From Mayamaea pseudoterrestris (lineage: Eukaryota): a DNA stretch of 64,000 nt. Location: NCBI GenBank assembly GCA_027923505.1, contig BROI01000009.1:620001-684000 (forward strand), read 5' to 3'. A model generated the notes under the pieces. It worked only from the letters and a program-made list of their open reading frames with translations. It searched no databases and was not told the DNA's origin. The position numbers and the translations under genes are program-made. Each line of letters opens with the position of its first letter. Position 1 is the first letter of the stretch. This document shows, one piece after another, positions 24,158 through 35,300 of the stretch.

Positions 24158-25003
24158 GGTTATCGACAACAATGCTATTCAAAGAATCGATCCAATGAGT
24201 GAAAAGGTTCGTCCAAGGATGGCTTGACGCCTTGATTGATTGAAAGTTGACAAGGTAGCCGTCGTTGGTAGGAACCTCGTTACAATCTATGGATCCTCTG
24301 GATTGTTTCGCAAAAAAGACGACGATATGACAGATGATTGCCACAGTCACTCTCTTATAGCTTTAAATGGTTGCATCTACCAGCAGTGAATCTCTTTGTC
24401 TTCTTTAGTAAAGGCTGATGCTAAACGAATCTCCGTCGGCCATGGCAGACGTGCAGGATTCTGACGTCTTTTTGGATCGCCCATTCAAGTTCCGAATTCC
24501 GCACCTCGGCCGGCGCGCCAGATGGTTTCGCCGGAGGGTCACCATCGCAGCGGTTATCATCAAGACATCGCGCAACAACGAATCCAATAAGGTGCACCAT
24601 GCCCATGATTGCGCGACGGCAAACGAAGCAAGGCGCACCTGCAGACAGTTTCATAGCTCGCGCACCGTAACGGACATGAGACCATGCTCGATAACTCAAC
24701 CATTGCGCACTTGGCGAGCGTTACAAGAGAATTTGGATTGCCGTCTAGAGAAAATCTCGTTGCAGCGAATCCTGTCATGGCCGAAAATTTTGGAACCAAC
24801 GGTCCAAGACTCGCAACGCATGGCGCAACAAGGGATGAAGCAATAATAACGAATGCATCAATATAACAACCAGCAAGAGTCTCATCGAATCGGCATTTCG
24901 AGTGCAGCTCTTCATTACTCTCTCGATCGTCGGTATTCGACTCATCAAGCAACAACACCCCCGCAGATTAGGTGCATACATCTCATACAAATAGCAAACA
25001 ACC

Positions 25004-26248
25004 ATGACTGTTCTATCAAACCAACAAATACTGCTATTCTCAGCGGCGATTCTCGCCATGATCGTTTCGTCTTCGCATGCCGCCCTTCCAAGCTTGACTG
25101 GCAATCCATCAACAATGGAGAATCAACAGCAAGACAAGGTCATCAAGACGGCGCTCCGACAACGACATAATTTGCCAGTCACTCAAGCCAAGGGTGATCG
25201 GCGACTAGGCGCTACTGAAAGGAGGCTACGTAAGTTATCGTCAACGCGAATGCGCAGCTACTCGAGTTTCGACACTCATGCACTCATGACTCACATTTTC
25301 CATCGTCTGTTCTTTTACTTTATCACAGCCAGCGACGACAAGAAAGGCCCATCAAAAGACAAGCCAGGCGGTAGTGACAAACCTCCATCCGGTGGTGGAG
25401 GTGGTGATGCATACTCACCAGGCTACTATCCGCCACCTCCGTCCAGCGGAGGTGGATACTATCCTCAGGGAGGCGGCGGAGGAGGCGGTGGCGGCGGCTA
25501 CTACCCACCTCCACCACAATCGGAAGAAACTGGCGGCGGAGGTGGAGGTGGTTACTCACCTGGCTATTATCCTCCTCCTCCGTCCAGTGGTGGAGATGGA
25601 GGCGGCGGCGGTGGGAACTACTACCCTCAAGGCGGTGGCGGAGGCAATTACTATCCACCACCTCCATCATCGACGAGCGCGCCGCAAGGTGGCAATCCAC
25701 AAAATGATGACATTCCTCTGTTGGACGATGCCATGTTTGACGACGCCTTTTACGCCAAGGATGCCTGCCAGCTCGTCACATTCAACGAAAGCTTTTACTT
25801 TGAAGCAGCGCCCGTCCAACTTGGAGCCGGTGGCGCCAATGACTTGTCGGCCGTCGGCTCTCAATTCATCTTTTCGCAAAACATTTTCACACCAAACGGA
25901 ACATTGATTGAGGACACGTTATTGTCGGGCATTTGCACGCGAACGTCCGCCAAGGGGTTTTTGGGAACGAGCGGAGCTGGTGTTTGCCAGTTTAACTTTG
26001 TCGATGTGCACGGCAACTACACAATAGCGGCGCAGGGAAACCTGGACACCATGCCGAGTCAGACATCGGCTGGTAACTTGGTAGTGACGGGCGGATCGGG
26101 CAGCATGGTCAGCGTCGTGGGGGAAATGACGGTGGTTCCGGTCGATGAGACTGGCATGTTCACCACAGCAGACATTTTCACTGGCATTTACGCGTACTTT
26201 ATCCAAGCGGCGTTTGGAGTTATCATTTGTCCAAAGACGGGACCGTAG
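25004..26248 (+). CDS. Secreted Gly/Pro/Tyr-rich protein with RRL motifs and a C-terminal dirigent/AOC-barrel-like domain (probable in-frame intron 25230-25328)
   Basis: Signal peptide (ILLFSAAILAMIVSSSHA), GDRRLGATERRL, repeats of YYPPPP and poly-Gly, and a C-terminal beta-rich domain LSGICTRT..GVCQF..VVTGGSG..VVGEM. The 99-bp GTAAGT...CAG intron has a pyrimidine tract. Confidence 0.75.
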   Translation: MTVLSNQQILLFSAAILAMIVSSSHAALPSLTGNPSTMENQQQDKVIKTALRQRHNLPVTQAKGDRRLGATERRLRKLSSTRMRSYSSFDTHALMTHIFHRLFFYFITASDDKKGPSKDKPGGSDKPPSGGGGGDAYSPGYYPPPPSSGGGYYPQGGGGGGGGGGYYPPPPQSEETGGGGGGGYSPGYYPPPPSSGGDGGGGGGNYYPQGGGGGNYYPPPPSSTSAPQGGNPQNDDIPLLDDAMFDDAFYAKDACQLVTFNESFYFEAAPVQLGAGGANDLSAVGSQFIFSQNIFTPNGTLIEDTLLSGICTRTSAKGFLGTSGAGVCQFNFVDVHGNYTIAAQGNLDTMPSQTSAGNLVVTGGSGSMVSVVGEMTVVPVDETGMFTTADIFTGIYAYFIQAAFGVIICPKTGP

Positions 26249-26574
26249 AACAACAACTCTATTCAATCTACGCAACGCGAGTAGAAGAATACCCTGCATA
26301 TATAAATGAATGTTATCAGTATTTAAGTGTTTGCTTCATCATTGGTCAACGCTTTTAGGGCTCATACAGCCAACTACGGTTCGAATTGGCATGGCAATGT
26401 CACGACGGCAGTCACAGCAACCAGCATTTTGGGAGATCAATTCATATTCTGCGCTAACAGCCACCTGCAAATTCTGCTTCGACAAAATGGTGCTTTTGTA
26501 TCTTGTATGGGACCACTTTGGGAATCGATTCAAGCAAGTGTCATGAACGACATCGCATTCGGTGAAAGGAGACT

Positions 26575-27225
26575 TCACGATAGGCCATAGTCGTGCTCCA
26601 CCAAGAGTCGCCGTAATGCGTCGTCGTATTGGCTCGGACAAGCCAAAAAGCTGCAAGTTTTGGCATGGTTGCTCGTCAAATCATGCGTTGCGAACATGAT
26701 TTCCTTGTCTCGTGTCAACGCCTGTTCCAAGCCAGCGTTGACAGCGAACCGCTCCAGCTGACAGTCATTGAACGGTTTGTTTGGATCGTAAATGAGTTGC
26801 TCTTCGCCCATGCATGGCCAAAGGTACGTGATATACTCGCAGAGTGGCCATATTGAGACTGGTGTTCCCCATTGCGATGCAATTGCTTTGCTCGACGTGC
26901 CAATGTGACCCACCGATGGTTTCACTGCCGCCTTTGGCAGACGCCCTTCCAAACATTTGAAAAACTTGATCGCTTTTGCATCGTCTCCGTAAGTTGCTGG
27001 TATAAGCAAGTCTGGCTCTGGATGCAGTAGTGTGACGGCATGAACGTTTCGCTCGCCTCGGTAAAGAAAACGATCGCTTGAATCCTTGACAGCTCGGCGA
27101 AACGTCGCAGGAGAATTTTCAATAATCAATTGAACAGTGTCAAACAGGTTGATTGGATGATTGTAGTGGTTGAGCGACAAACAAGACGATAGCAACGCCG
27201 CTCGACGAGAAAGGATTAATACCAT
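26575..27225 (-). CDS. Hypothetical protein, possible ADP-ribosyltransferase-like fold
   Basis: 216-aa ORF with globular composition. Ordered motifs FLYRG, HIGTSS..A..WG and KEIMF. Confidence 0.55.
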   Translation of the reverse strand: MVLILSRRAALLSSCLSLNHYNHPINLFDTVQLIIENSPATFRRAVKDSSDRFLYRGERNVHAVTLLHPEPDLLIPATYGDDAKAIKFFKCLEGRLPKAAVKPSVGHIGTSSKAIASQWGTPVSIWPLCEYITYLWPCMGEEQLIYDPNKPFNDCQLERFAVNAGLEQALTRDKEIMFATHDLTSNHAKTCSFLACPSQYDDALRRLLVEHDYGLS

Positions 27226-27398
27226 GTTGGTTGGATTTCATTTGTGACGAGCTGCGAGCGAGCCATGATGGACTTTGTCATTTCAATACCGCTTTGGTCA
27301 ACTGGGCGCGGCGGACTCCATTATGATGTTGTTGATCAATGCATGATGACCTGCAGCTCATCATTGTGTCTCTCACACACCCAGAGTCCAACTATAAC

Positions 27399-29300
27399 AT
27401 GATTCGACGGACAACATCTGATCATCCAATTCAGTCACAGCCTTCACGCGAGAGGCCGATACGGAGCGTCTCCTCGCGAGGAAAGCGATCAACAAATGCG
27501 TCATCCGTTTCCGTCTACCTATACGTCGGCATTATAAGCCTCTTGTTCCTTTTAGCCATGCTATGGACTGTTTCGCAGATGAATCAAGCCATTCAACAGA
27601 CTAGTACAGAACCGGATGCGATCAGCAGTAACTCTTTACATACAGACAAGGCGTCGCAGCAGCAGTATCCATCTCGCGACAAAATCACTCCGGAACGCAT
27701 GCTGGAACAGTTTCGGCATCGCTACGGCAAAGCATCGGACCACATGGCAGCAAAAGGATACTTGTCCTTTGGAAATACATCGATTGAAGCGACGGCTCGA
27801 CGGTTATTGGAAGCCTCCAAAGCGAAACGACCCTTCGTCATGGCCTTTGCAGGATATTCCGTGACAGTCGGTCGAGGCAATCATTTCAAGCAGTCCTTTC
27901 CCTTTGTCCTTGGTCGACTGCTGGAGCCATTACTGCAAGACAATCTACAGATTCCATCAATTACGGTCCGCAACGCAGCCATTGGAGGAATTCCTAGCTT
28001 TCCCTACGGCTTTTGTCTGGATCATTTTCTCGGCGATGATGCCGATGTCATTAGCTGGGACTACAGCATGAACGAAGGGTCGGGTGCCAGTGTACTGGAA
28101 GCGTATTTGCGACAATCGCAGGCGCAACTATCCAACAAGCGACCCATGGTCATTGTACTAGATATGAACCCCCAGCGATGTCAATTATTGGAAAAGTACG
28201 TCCAGCAAGGTTATTTGCGCGACGCCATTTGCGTGGGAACTGCAAAGGATGCCGTTCCCAAGGAATTCTTGGAACTACCCGAAGACCATCGTCCGCCAGG
28301 GCTGCAGCATTGGCAGGAGTTTGGTGCTCCGGACTCCTGCCCGGGGAGAGGACCTTGGCATCCCAAAATGATGGAACATACGTTAATAGCCTGGATCATG
28401 GCGCTGCATTTCGTTAAAGCGGTGGACCGTGCACTGGAACTACAGCAGCAGCCTGATTTCACTTTAAAAACAGAAAGCGAACCACTTTTGTTTTCAGCAC
28501 CACTCGCATCTAATCTACCGCGGAACGATCCAGCCGTCACGAGCATGTTGTTCGGACACAAACTCGAAAACGCTTCCGACAGTGGAAGCAACTACGTGAT
28601 GAAGCCCTTGTCGTGTCGCACCAACTTTTTGCCAGCGACGGACGCCGATCGTACACTATCATCTATTGTTGTGTCGGGCTTGGCCCATGATGTGAGCCCC
28701 GAAAACATCATGACCGAGCGCTCCGATGCCGCCTATCACTGGGGCTGGGTTTACGACGTTTCGAGCTTGGAACGTGAAACAAAGGTCAAGGTGGAAAAAT
28801 GCGGAGGATTAGGTTACGTCGACATGAAGATCGCCTTGTATGGAGTTCCCGAGTCGGGACCATTAAGAATGTGGTTGCCGTCCGAACGGACTGTACAACA
28901 TGATTTAAGTGACAACAATGCACAAAACTGGTTTGACACGATTGTAATTTGTGAGGCGAACGAGAAAAGACCCGACGACGCGTGTCATTTAAATGCGGAC
29001 ATGAATTACACTGTGGGTGGTGTTTCACTTTCGTCAACTGCAATGGTCGCCGGCGCTGGCGAGTATCTAAAGCGAAAAACGTGTTTCCACGTGGGTGTGC
29101 CGATTGGAGCCGAGATAACACTGCTTAAGGATGTCACATCTGCGGACGGCAAAACACTGACGCCGGACCAGCGCGATCATCTGGGAAAAGGTTTGAACGA
29201 TGAGCACGTCGGTGTGATTGTTGATATTGTAGCTAAAACACCTGTGACGAGGAAGAAAGGCGCATGTTGCATCTCTCACGTTGTGTGGGAGCACCACTAA
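27399..29300 (+). CDS. Type II membrane SGNH/GDSL-hydrolase-like protein (probably Golgi)
   Basis: Single TM (VYLYVGIISLLFLLAMLW). AGYSVTVG (block I Ser), NAAIGG, DVISWDYSMNE (block III Asn), WHP..EH (His). Confidence 0.7.
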   Translation: MIRRTTSDHPIQSQPSRERPIRSVSSRGKRSTNASSVSVYLYVGIISLLFLLAMLWTVSQMNQAIQQTSTEPDAISSNSLHTDKASQQQYPSRDKITPERMLEQFRHRYGKASDHMAAKGYLSFGNTSIEATARRLLEASKAKRPFVMAFAGYSVTVGRGNHFKQSFPFVLGRLLEPLLQDNLQIPSITVRNAAIGGIPSFPYGFCLDHFLGDDADVISWDYSMNEGSGASVLEAYLRQSQAQLSNKRPMVIVLDMNPQRCQLLEKYVQQGYLRDAICVGTAKDAVPKEFLELPEDHRPPGLQHWQEFGAPDSCPGRGPWHPKMMEHTLIAWIMALHFVKAVDRALELQQQPDFTLKTESEPLLFSAPLASNLPRNDPAVTSMLFGHKLENASDSGSNYVMKPLSCRTNFLPATDADRTLSSIVVSGLAHDVSPENIMTERSDAAYHWGWVYDVSSLERETKVKVEKCGGLGYVDMKIALYGVPESGPLRMWLPSERTVQHDLSDNNAQNWFDTIVICEANEKRPDDACHLNADMNYTVGGVSLSSTAMVAGAGEYLKRKTCFHVGVPIGAEITLLKDVTSADGKTLTPDQRDHLGKGLNDEHVGVIVDIVAKTPVTRKKGACCISHVVWEHH

Positions 29301-29354
29301 TGCCGTCATTTAAAATGGTTGTTTACGCTACTTTATGTATTCCTCCTTGTTTCT

Positions 29355-32300
29355 TTAGTATACGTTTGCTTCGCTGAGGAGGTCCCTCGCATCGGCGTCA
29401 TTATCCGCGTCAGCAGCAAGGATGTCAGCGGGCGTTAACAGATTATTTGTCACAAAGAACAAAGAATCATCCCCTGGTCTATCGCTGCTGTCGTCAATCG
29501 AAATCCCGTACGCCGAAAGACGAGATTGCACCGACGTTTCAGTAGCCGTAGACGCCGCCCACGGATTGGAAGCAATCAGAGGCGCATCACTCGACAGGAT
29601 GTCATCAGCCTCGGCAACTAAGGCTTCCGTTTCGTCTTCATAGACAACATTGCTGCCATCGTTCAGAATATTGTCCAGGAAATCCAGAACATTAAAACCT
29701 TCCGTTAGCGGTTCTTGGTACAATCGTCTGTCATCGTATAGATCCTCGGCGTCTAACTGGCGCTGTCTATCCGCAGAATACCGTAGGCTAGTATCGGGCG
29801 AAGAGCGGTTGCTGATAAGTGGTGAAGATGGACCGATTTCTCCGCTATCAATAGAAATGCTTTGGCTTACAGTGTCAGCGAAAGCATTGTAGTAATCAAA
29901 GGACTTTGTGTCTGCTAAAATGGACGAAGCAGCAGCAATTGCAGCACTGTCGCTAGAAATGGTTTGACCAAAACCAGGCGGAGGAACGAGGCCTGGAGGC
30001 GGGCGAAGCGGCGATGTAACACGTTGCGACTCTGTCGCGTTGTCTGGAAAGACGTTCGTCTCTCTCGGCGGCTGAGACTCAATCGATGTGTCTATCACGA
30101 CATCCACTGTCAAAGGCGATGTCTTTGCCTGGTCGTCATTTCCACCTTTGTCATTGCTGCGCTGGTGAGTGCCTTTTGATCGCCCCTTTCGCTTTGACTC
30201 GTCAGCCTTTGCTACTCTCCTCGTTTCCCTAGCCTGGGTTTGCTTGTTTGTGAACGAGTCAAGTTTCGTCTTTTCATTTGTCGCTCTCTCATGATCAAGT
30301 ACACCGCTTTTCGCATTCATCGCAGTAATATCCCTTTTTTCGTGTCTTTCGGCAATTTCGTTGATCTTGATTGCCGGTTCGGCATTTAATCTATCCATCT
30401 CGCTCACCTCAGCTACCATGTGACGTGATTTGGATGCAGTTCTGCGAGAGGGATGCGTACCATCAATCTGAGAGATAAAGCGCCCCGGCGCATGTGTTTG
30501 AGTCATTTTTGTGTCCAACAAAGCCGCCTGGGCAATCAATTCGTCAGTTTCGAGTGGTCTAGTAATCGAGGATGACGATACACCAAGCGGAGCTTCCGTT
30601 CCAATCAGTTGCAGTTTTGGCGGCAAAACCTTCGAAGTGGCAACTGCGTGAGTGACATCATCCCCCGATGCAGCCTGGGGAGGTTGCGCCGGTCGGTAAA
30701 GACGCTTCGAAATCTCAGGGCTCTCCTCCGCCCGGTTTGACGCCCGGTCCTTATGACTCACCAATTTCATGGACGCCGACACGGAAGTCTTGTCAACGCT
30801 TGCTTCTGCTGCAACGTTCACCTCGCGCACAATGATATTATCGGTGAAATTAGATTTTGCTTCCGCCAATAAAATTTTCGTCTGTGGCTGCGAATACAAC
30901 CTTGCTCGGTTAGCGTTTGTTGCCACTGTAGCACTTTCTGATGACGAACTAGACAAGACAGATTCCTCCTCACTGTCGGTTTGGACATCGCTATCATAAC
31001 TCGAATCGTTCGTCCCACTCGCTTGTGCTTGGCGTTTCCCTATCAAAGTATCCGTTGCAGTCGATATAAATGATCTGCGGGCCGATGAAGTATTAATAAT
31101 GCCTCTCGCGACAGCCGTCCTCCAACCCAAGTCACAGGGCAGTAGTCCCGTTTCATCGTCAGAACGAGCTCGATATCTATGGAAAATGGCGTCACTGATC
31201 GTCCGAATGCGTTCGCTGGCATTGCTAATACTCTTCACTCCCTGAGGTTGCCTCCCAGTAACCGCATTGCCATTGTCCCGATGAAAAGCGCCCGTACTAG
31301 TTAAACATTGTGGCGGCAAAATCTCTTTCATGCGATATCGCGACAGAACAATATGTCGAACTTGCTCCCGTGCAAGCGTGTTAAGGTCACTTGGTGAAGG
31401 ATCAGCTCGCGCCAGACACCGAAACGCCGCCATCCAGTTTGCCCCATTCAGTTCTGCCTGTTGGTGGCCTACATCATTACACTGCTTCCGCCCGTCAATA
31501 AGCGTGGAAGAAAAGAAGATGGATGATCGTCGACGCTGATCAAATGCGGGCAGCAAGAAAATTGTGAAACCAAAGATGAACAGAATTGTCAGTAGCTCGA
31601 TAACAGCGCAATAGCTTCTTTCCCGGTTGTACTCAAACTCGTAAAAAACACCACCACCTTCGCGAAAAGCCGTATGCTTGACGGCATGTTCATTGGACCG
31701 ACAAGTTGCAAAAAGGGCCTTAGTCATATCGTATCCAATATGAAGTGTGGCTCTCGCTGGTTGCATTGATTGGCTGACCCAGTTGGCGCGCCCTAATCGT
31801 GCTCCACCAAAGTATAGTAGAGACGATTCACTTGAGGCGTCCACAATTGAAGTTAAAGGCTGTCGAGCAATTGTAGAGTAAGTGGAGCGGTTGAGCTCGA
31901 GGTTTAGCGCTATAAACTCCTTTCGCTTAAAACAATCAGGCTTATGCATGATGTAAATTGATCGGTTGTGACCTGGTTCAAGGGTAAAGCCATTCTTGAA
32001 CAACTCGCAGTCGATCAAGTAAAAATTCCTGAAGCTACAACAATTAGCATTTTCTCCATTTGACTTGATAGTTGCTCGCTTAATTGAGGTATGCGTAAAG
32101 AAAATGCTTGTAATGGAAGCATTAGTGTTTCCTTTGTTGGCGACGACGACCTCTTTTATATCAGGCCGTGCATCGACACCGACTCCTGAAAAAATAAGTG
32201 CCACACTCCCGTCGCGAAGCTCTATGTCGCCAAAGGACTGAGAATCATCCGGCTTGACAGGATCAAGGAAGACAATCTTCTGCCACAGCGCTTCGCCTTG

Positions 32301-35300
32301 CAACTTGACACGTTCTAAACCAGTTAAAGAATTCTCCAATAAAACCATAGCTGCAAAAACGTTATTTGTGCAGCTCCCGGCAAGACCTGAATTAACCTTG
32401 GCCTCACATCCGAGACTGTTGAAACGACCTGGTGGGCGGAACAGGATCGGTCCCAATTCAGCTGTCCCGTACGGAGGAATTACAACCTCGTCTAGCGAGG
32501 AGTACGGAAGCGCGAACGCGCTTGGTCCGGCGCCGCCTGATCTAAGCAAACCTCCTGCTTGTATTATGCGACTATCCGACACTGCATACTTTTCATATGA
32601 TCTCCTGTATCTCCGTCTGCCGCTTAGCGTGATCCCAACCGAGGCGGATGCCCCAATGGGATTTGATGCCGCTGCCTGGTGCTTTGGAATCTCCTGACGG
32701 ACACCACAGCCTGGTCCACAACCAGCCAGCAGAGCTGTGTTACCAAGAAGCGAGGGAGTACAGATACTAATCTGAGCCCCGGCACCAGCGACAATTGTAG
32801 CATTGTGATATGACCTTGTGACATCGCCTTCAAAACCGGCGAGCATGAAGGCGCCGTCACCAGTCCACCAATAATCATTGAAGGTCTTCGTCTGACCATC
32901 GCGCTCTGTCGCCCCCGTCTGAACATATGGCGGCTGCAAGTCGCCCAGGTAACGATCCAAGACATCGCTGTCCACGCCAATATTTTCTGTCTCAAGCTCA
33001 CGACGAAAGTCATTTCTTATACTCCGCCTTGATGACGTGACAGCCAATTTCACTCGAACCGGTACACCCGTCGGATTCGTTAAAGGAAGAAACACCATTG
33101 CAATGCCGGCAACTTGCGTCCCAGGAAACACAATTGTTGATAATGCATCGACATCATGAAAATGCTGTGAAAGGCTTCCCGTAAGCTTTTCCTTATCTAA
33201 TAGTGTGGGTGGATCTAACACGCTTTCAATGGTCAGATTTGGGAGTGCCAGGGAAAGTATGTGTGTCCGATCCGGATGGCGGTTTATGCCAGTTGAGTAC
33301 TCAATGACAGCCCGCAAACTTGTGCTTAGTTTTCTTAACCCGAGTTCGGATACAGATTTCCATGAATCCCAGGCATCTGCAACAGCATCCACGTAATAAT
33401 CAGGTACAACTCCACTGACCCTTCGTCTTCCTGATTTGAAAGCAATAATTGGTACGGAGCTTTCGTCATACTCCGGTTGTAAATGGTTTTCAATAGATTC
33501 ATCAACCAGCAGCACGCGTTTAAATGCCCGAATAGCACGCTCGACATACGTGCGCTCGGCCACAGCATTGCCGTTTACATCCAAAGTTGATTCTCTCTCC
33601 TTTCTTGTTTTCATTCCACAGCCACGAGGCTGCAACTCTGAGCGTTTGGCGAGCCAACTCAAAGCGCAGCGAAAAAAGCCAGTAGCATTGGCTTGAACAT
33701 TATTAAATGAATCTTCGCATGACACCATGCTTTTGACTGTCCCAATATTAATGCCGAAATACGGGTCTGGCTCCATTTCTGAGTTGTTATTTAACTCGAC
33801 TTGAAACCAAGGATTACAGCTGGTTATTTCTCGCAGCCTCACGTCCCTTGAGAAAGAAGATTTCATATAAAGTGGAATCCCCACATCGGTACGTGATACA
33901 TTTGTCGTTGCGATGCCTGCGCTAACGTCTGATGATGTTTTGAATGGTGGTATTGTCAAAACGACAGGCGATAGTGGTAACGACGCTTGACGGAATAAAG
34001 CAATTGGGACGCGGATGGCGCTGACGCGATCTTCGAAATTGGTCATATCTGACTCGTACACATTCTGCGACGATGGTATGTGCGTGATGTCAAGTTTACC
34101 TTGCAGCGCTTCAAATGACACAAATATAGGCATGATGTCTCCATGATCGGTTGAAACTACTAAGCCTGTCGCAAGAAATTGAGTGATATCCTTCTCCAGA
34201 ACACTGTTTGGTGGTGCTCGAAGGTTGACATCAAAGCGGATGCTACCCCCGGGAGGCAGCATGATTGTAGTCCCCTCTAATGCATTCTCGAGCACTCGTC
34301 TCTCCCTACTCCAGCACACTGGTAAACGACGCGTTCTCCCGTCGGTCGCGATGATAAAGGGGCCTGAATGTCCTGTCCAACTGGAGTCGAACTCACCATA
34401 AAGAGGCGGGTGCTGGGTTTGGCCACAAAGACTCTCGTAATTTGACGAGAAATGGTCTGGTAATGGACTTCTATGAAAATCAACCACAGCGTACTCCCGG
34501 TACAGCTTATCAAGCAAAGGTACTCGGGCGATGGCGACATCGTTCTGCGAGATAGCATCACGATAGGGGAACTGTGACAAATATTTGCCTGCACTCTCGT
34601 CACTCAGAAGAAATTGACGGAGACCGTTAATTGGGTGGCCTTGATAATGACCAGATTCCACTAGCGGTTCAAAAATCGTCGACCCTCCCAAGCGCGCGCG
34701 GCGTACTACAGGCTTTCTAGGCAAATGATCAAGTAAATTGTGTCCATCCCCTTTCCCACTAGTCTCTCGTCCTACCGAGATGCTCATCCCTTCGACTTCG
34801 CCGACGTCTATCATCGCTTTAATGGCGACTGGATTGTGGTTTGTTAGGTACAGGGGAAACGTTTCTAGTTCTCCCTGTGCAATAGCTCCAGCCTCAAGCA
34901 GTATAGGTCTCAACTTGGAGTAATCTGAGTGCAAAGAATGATCTGCTAGCTGATACAAGTAACGCCCAAGAAGCTCAGAATCGCTCTCCCGCCCGAAACG
35001 CCTATAGATAAGGGAAGCATCCAGTACTGATCGAAGAGTACCGCCAGATTTGGTGCTTTGGACCCATCCTAGAAGCTTCTCAAACCCGACAATTGTCCTT
35101 TGCCATACAGTTCCAGCCTGGTCCTCTGACGAAGAATAGTCGGCCGATGCTGCATCCGCCTGGAAGGTGTAGCCAGAAACTTCCACACTGGCCGAATAGA
35201 CTATCAAAGGTGTGAGGTGATTGCCAGTATCTGGTTCAGTAGTAAGGCGAAGGTAGCAAACTGTGGGAATCGTCCTGTTGTTCAAAAAGTCTTTCGTAGC

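Noticed and set aside
24350..25000. Several overlapping 60-140 aa ORFs
   Set aside because: No recognisable motifs or splice support. More likely the divergent promoter region of the flanking genes.
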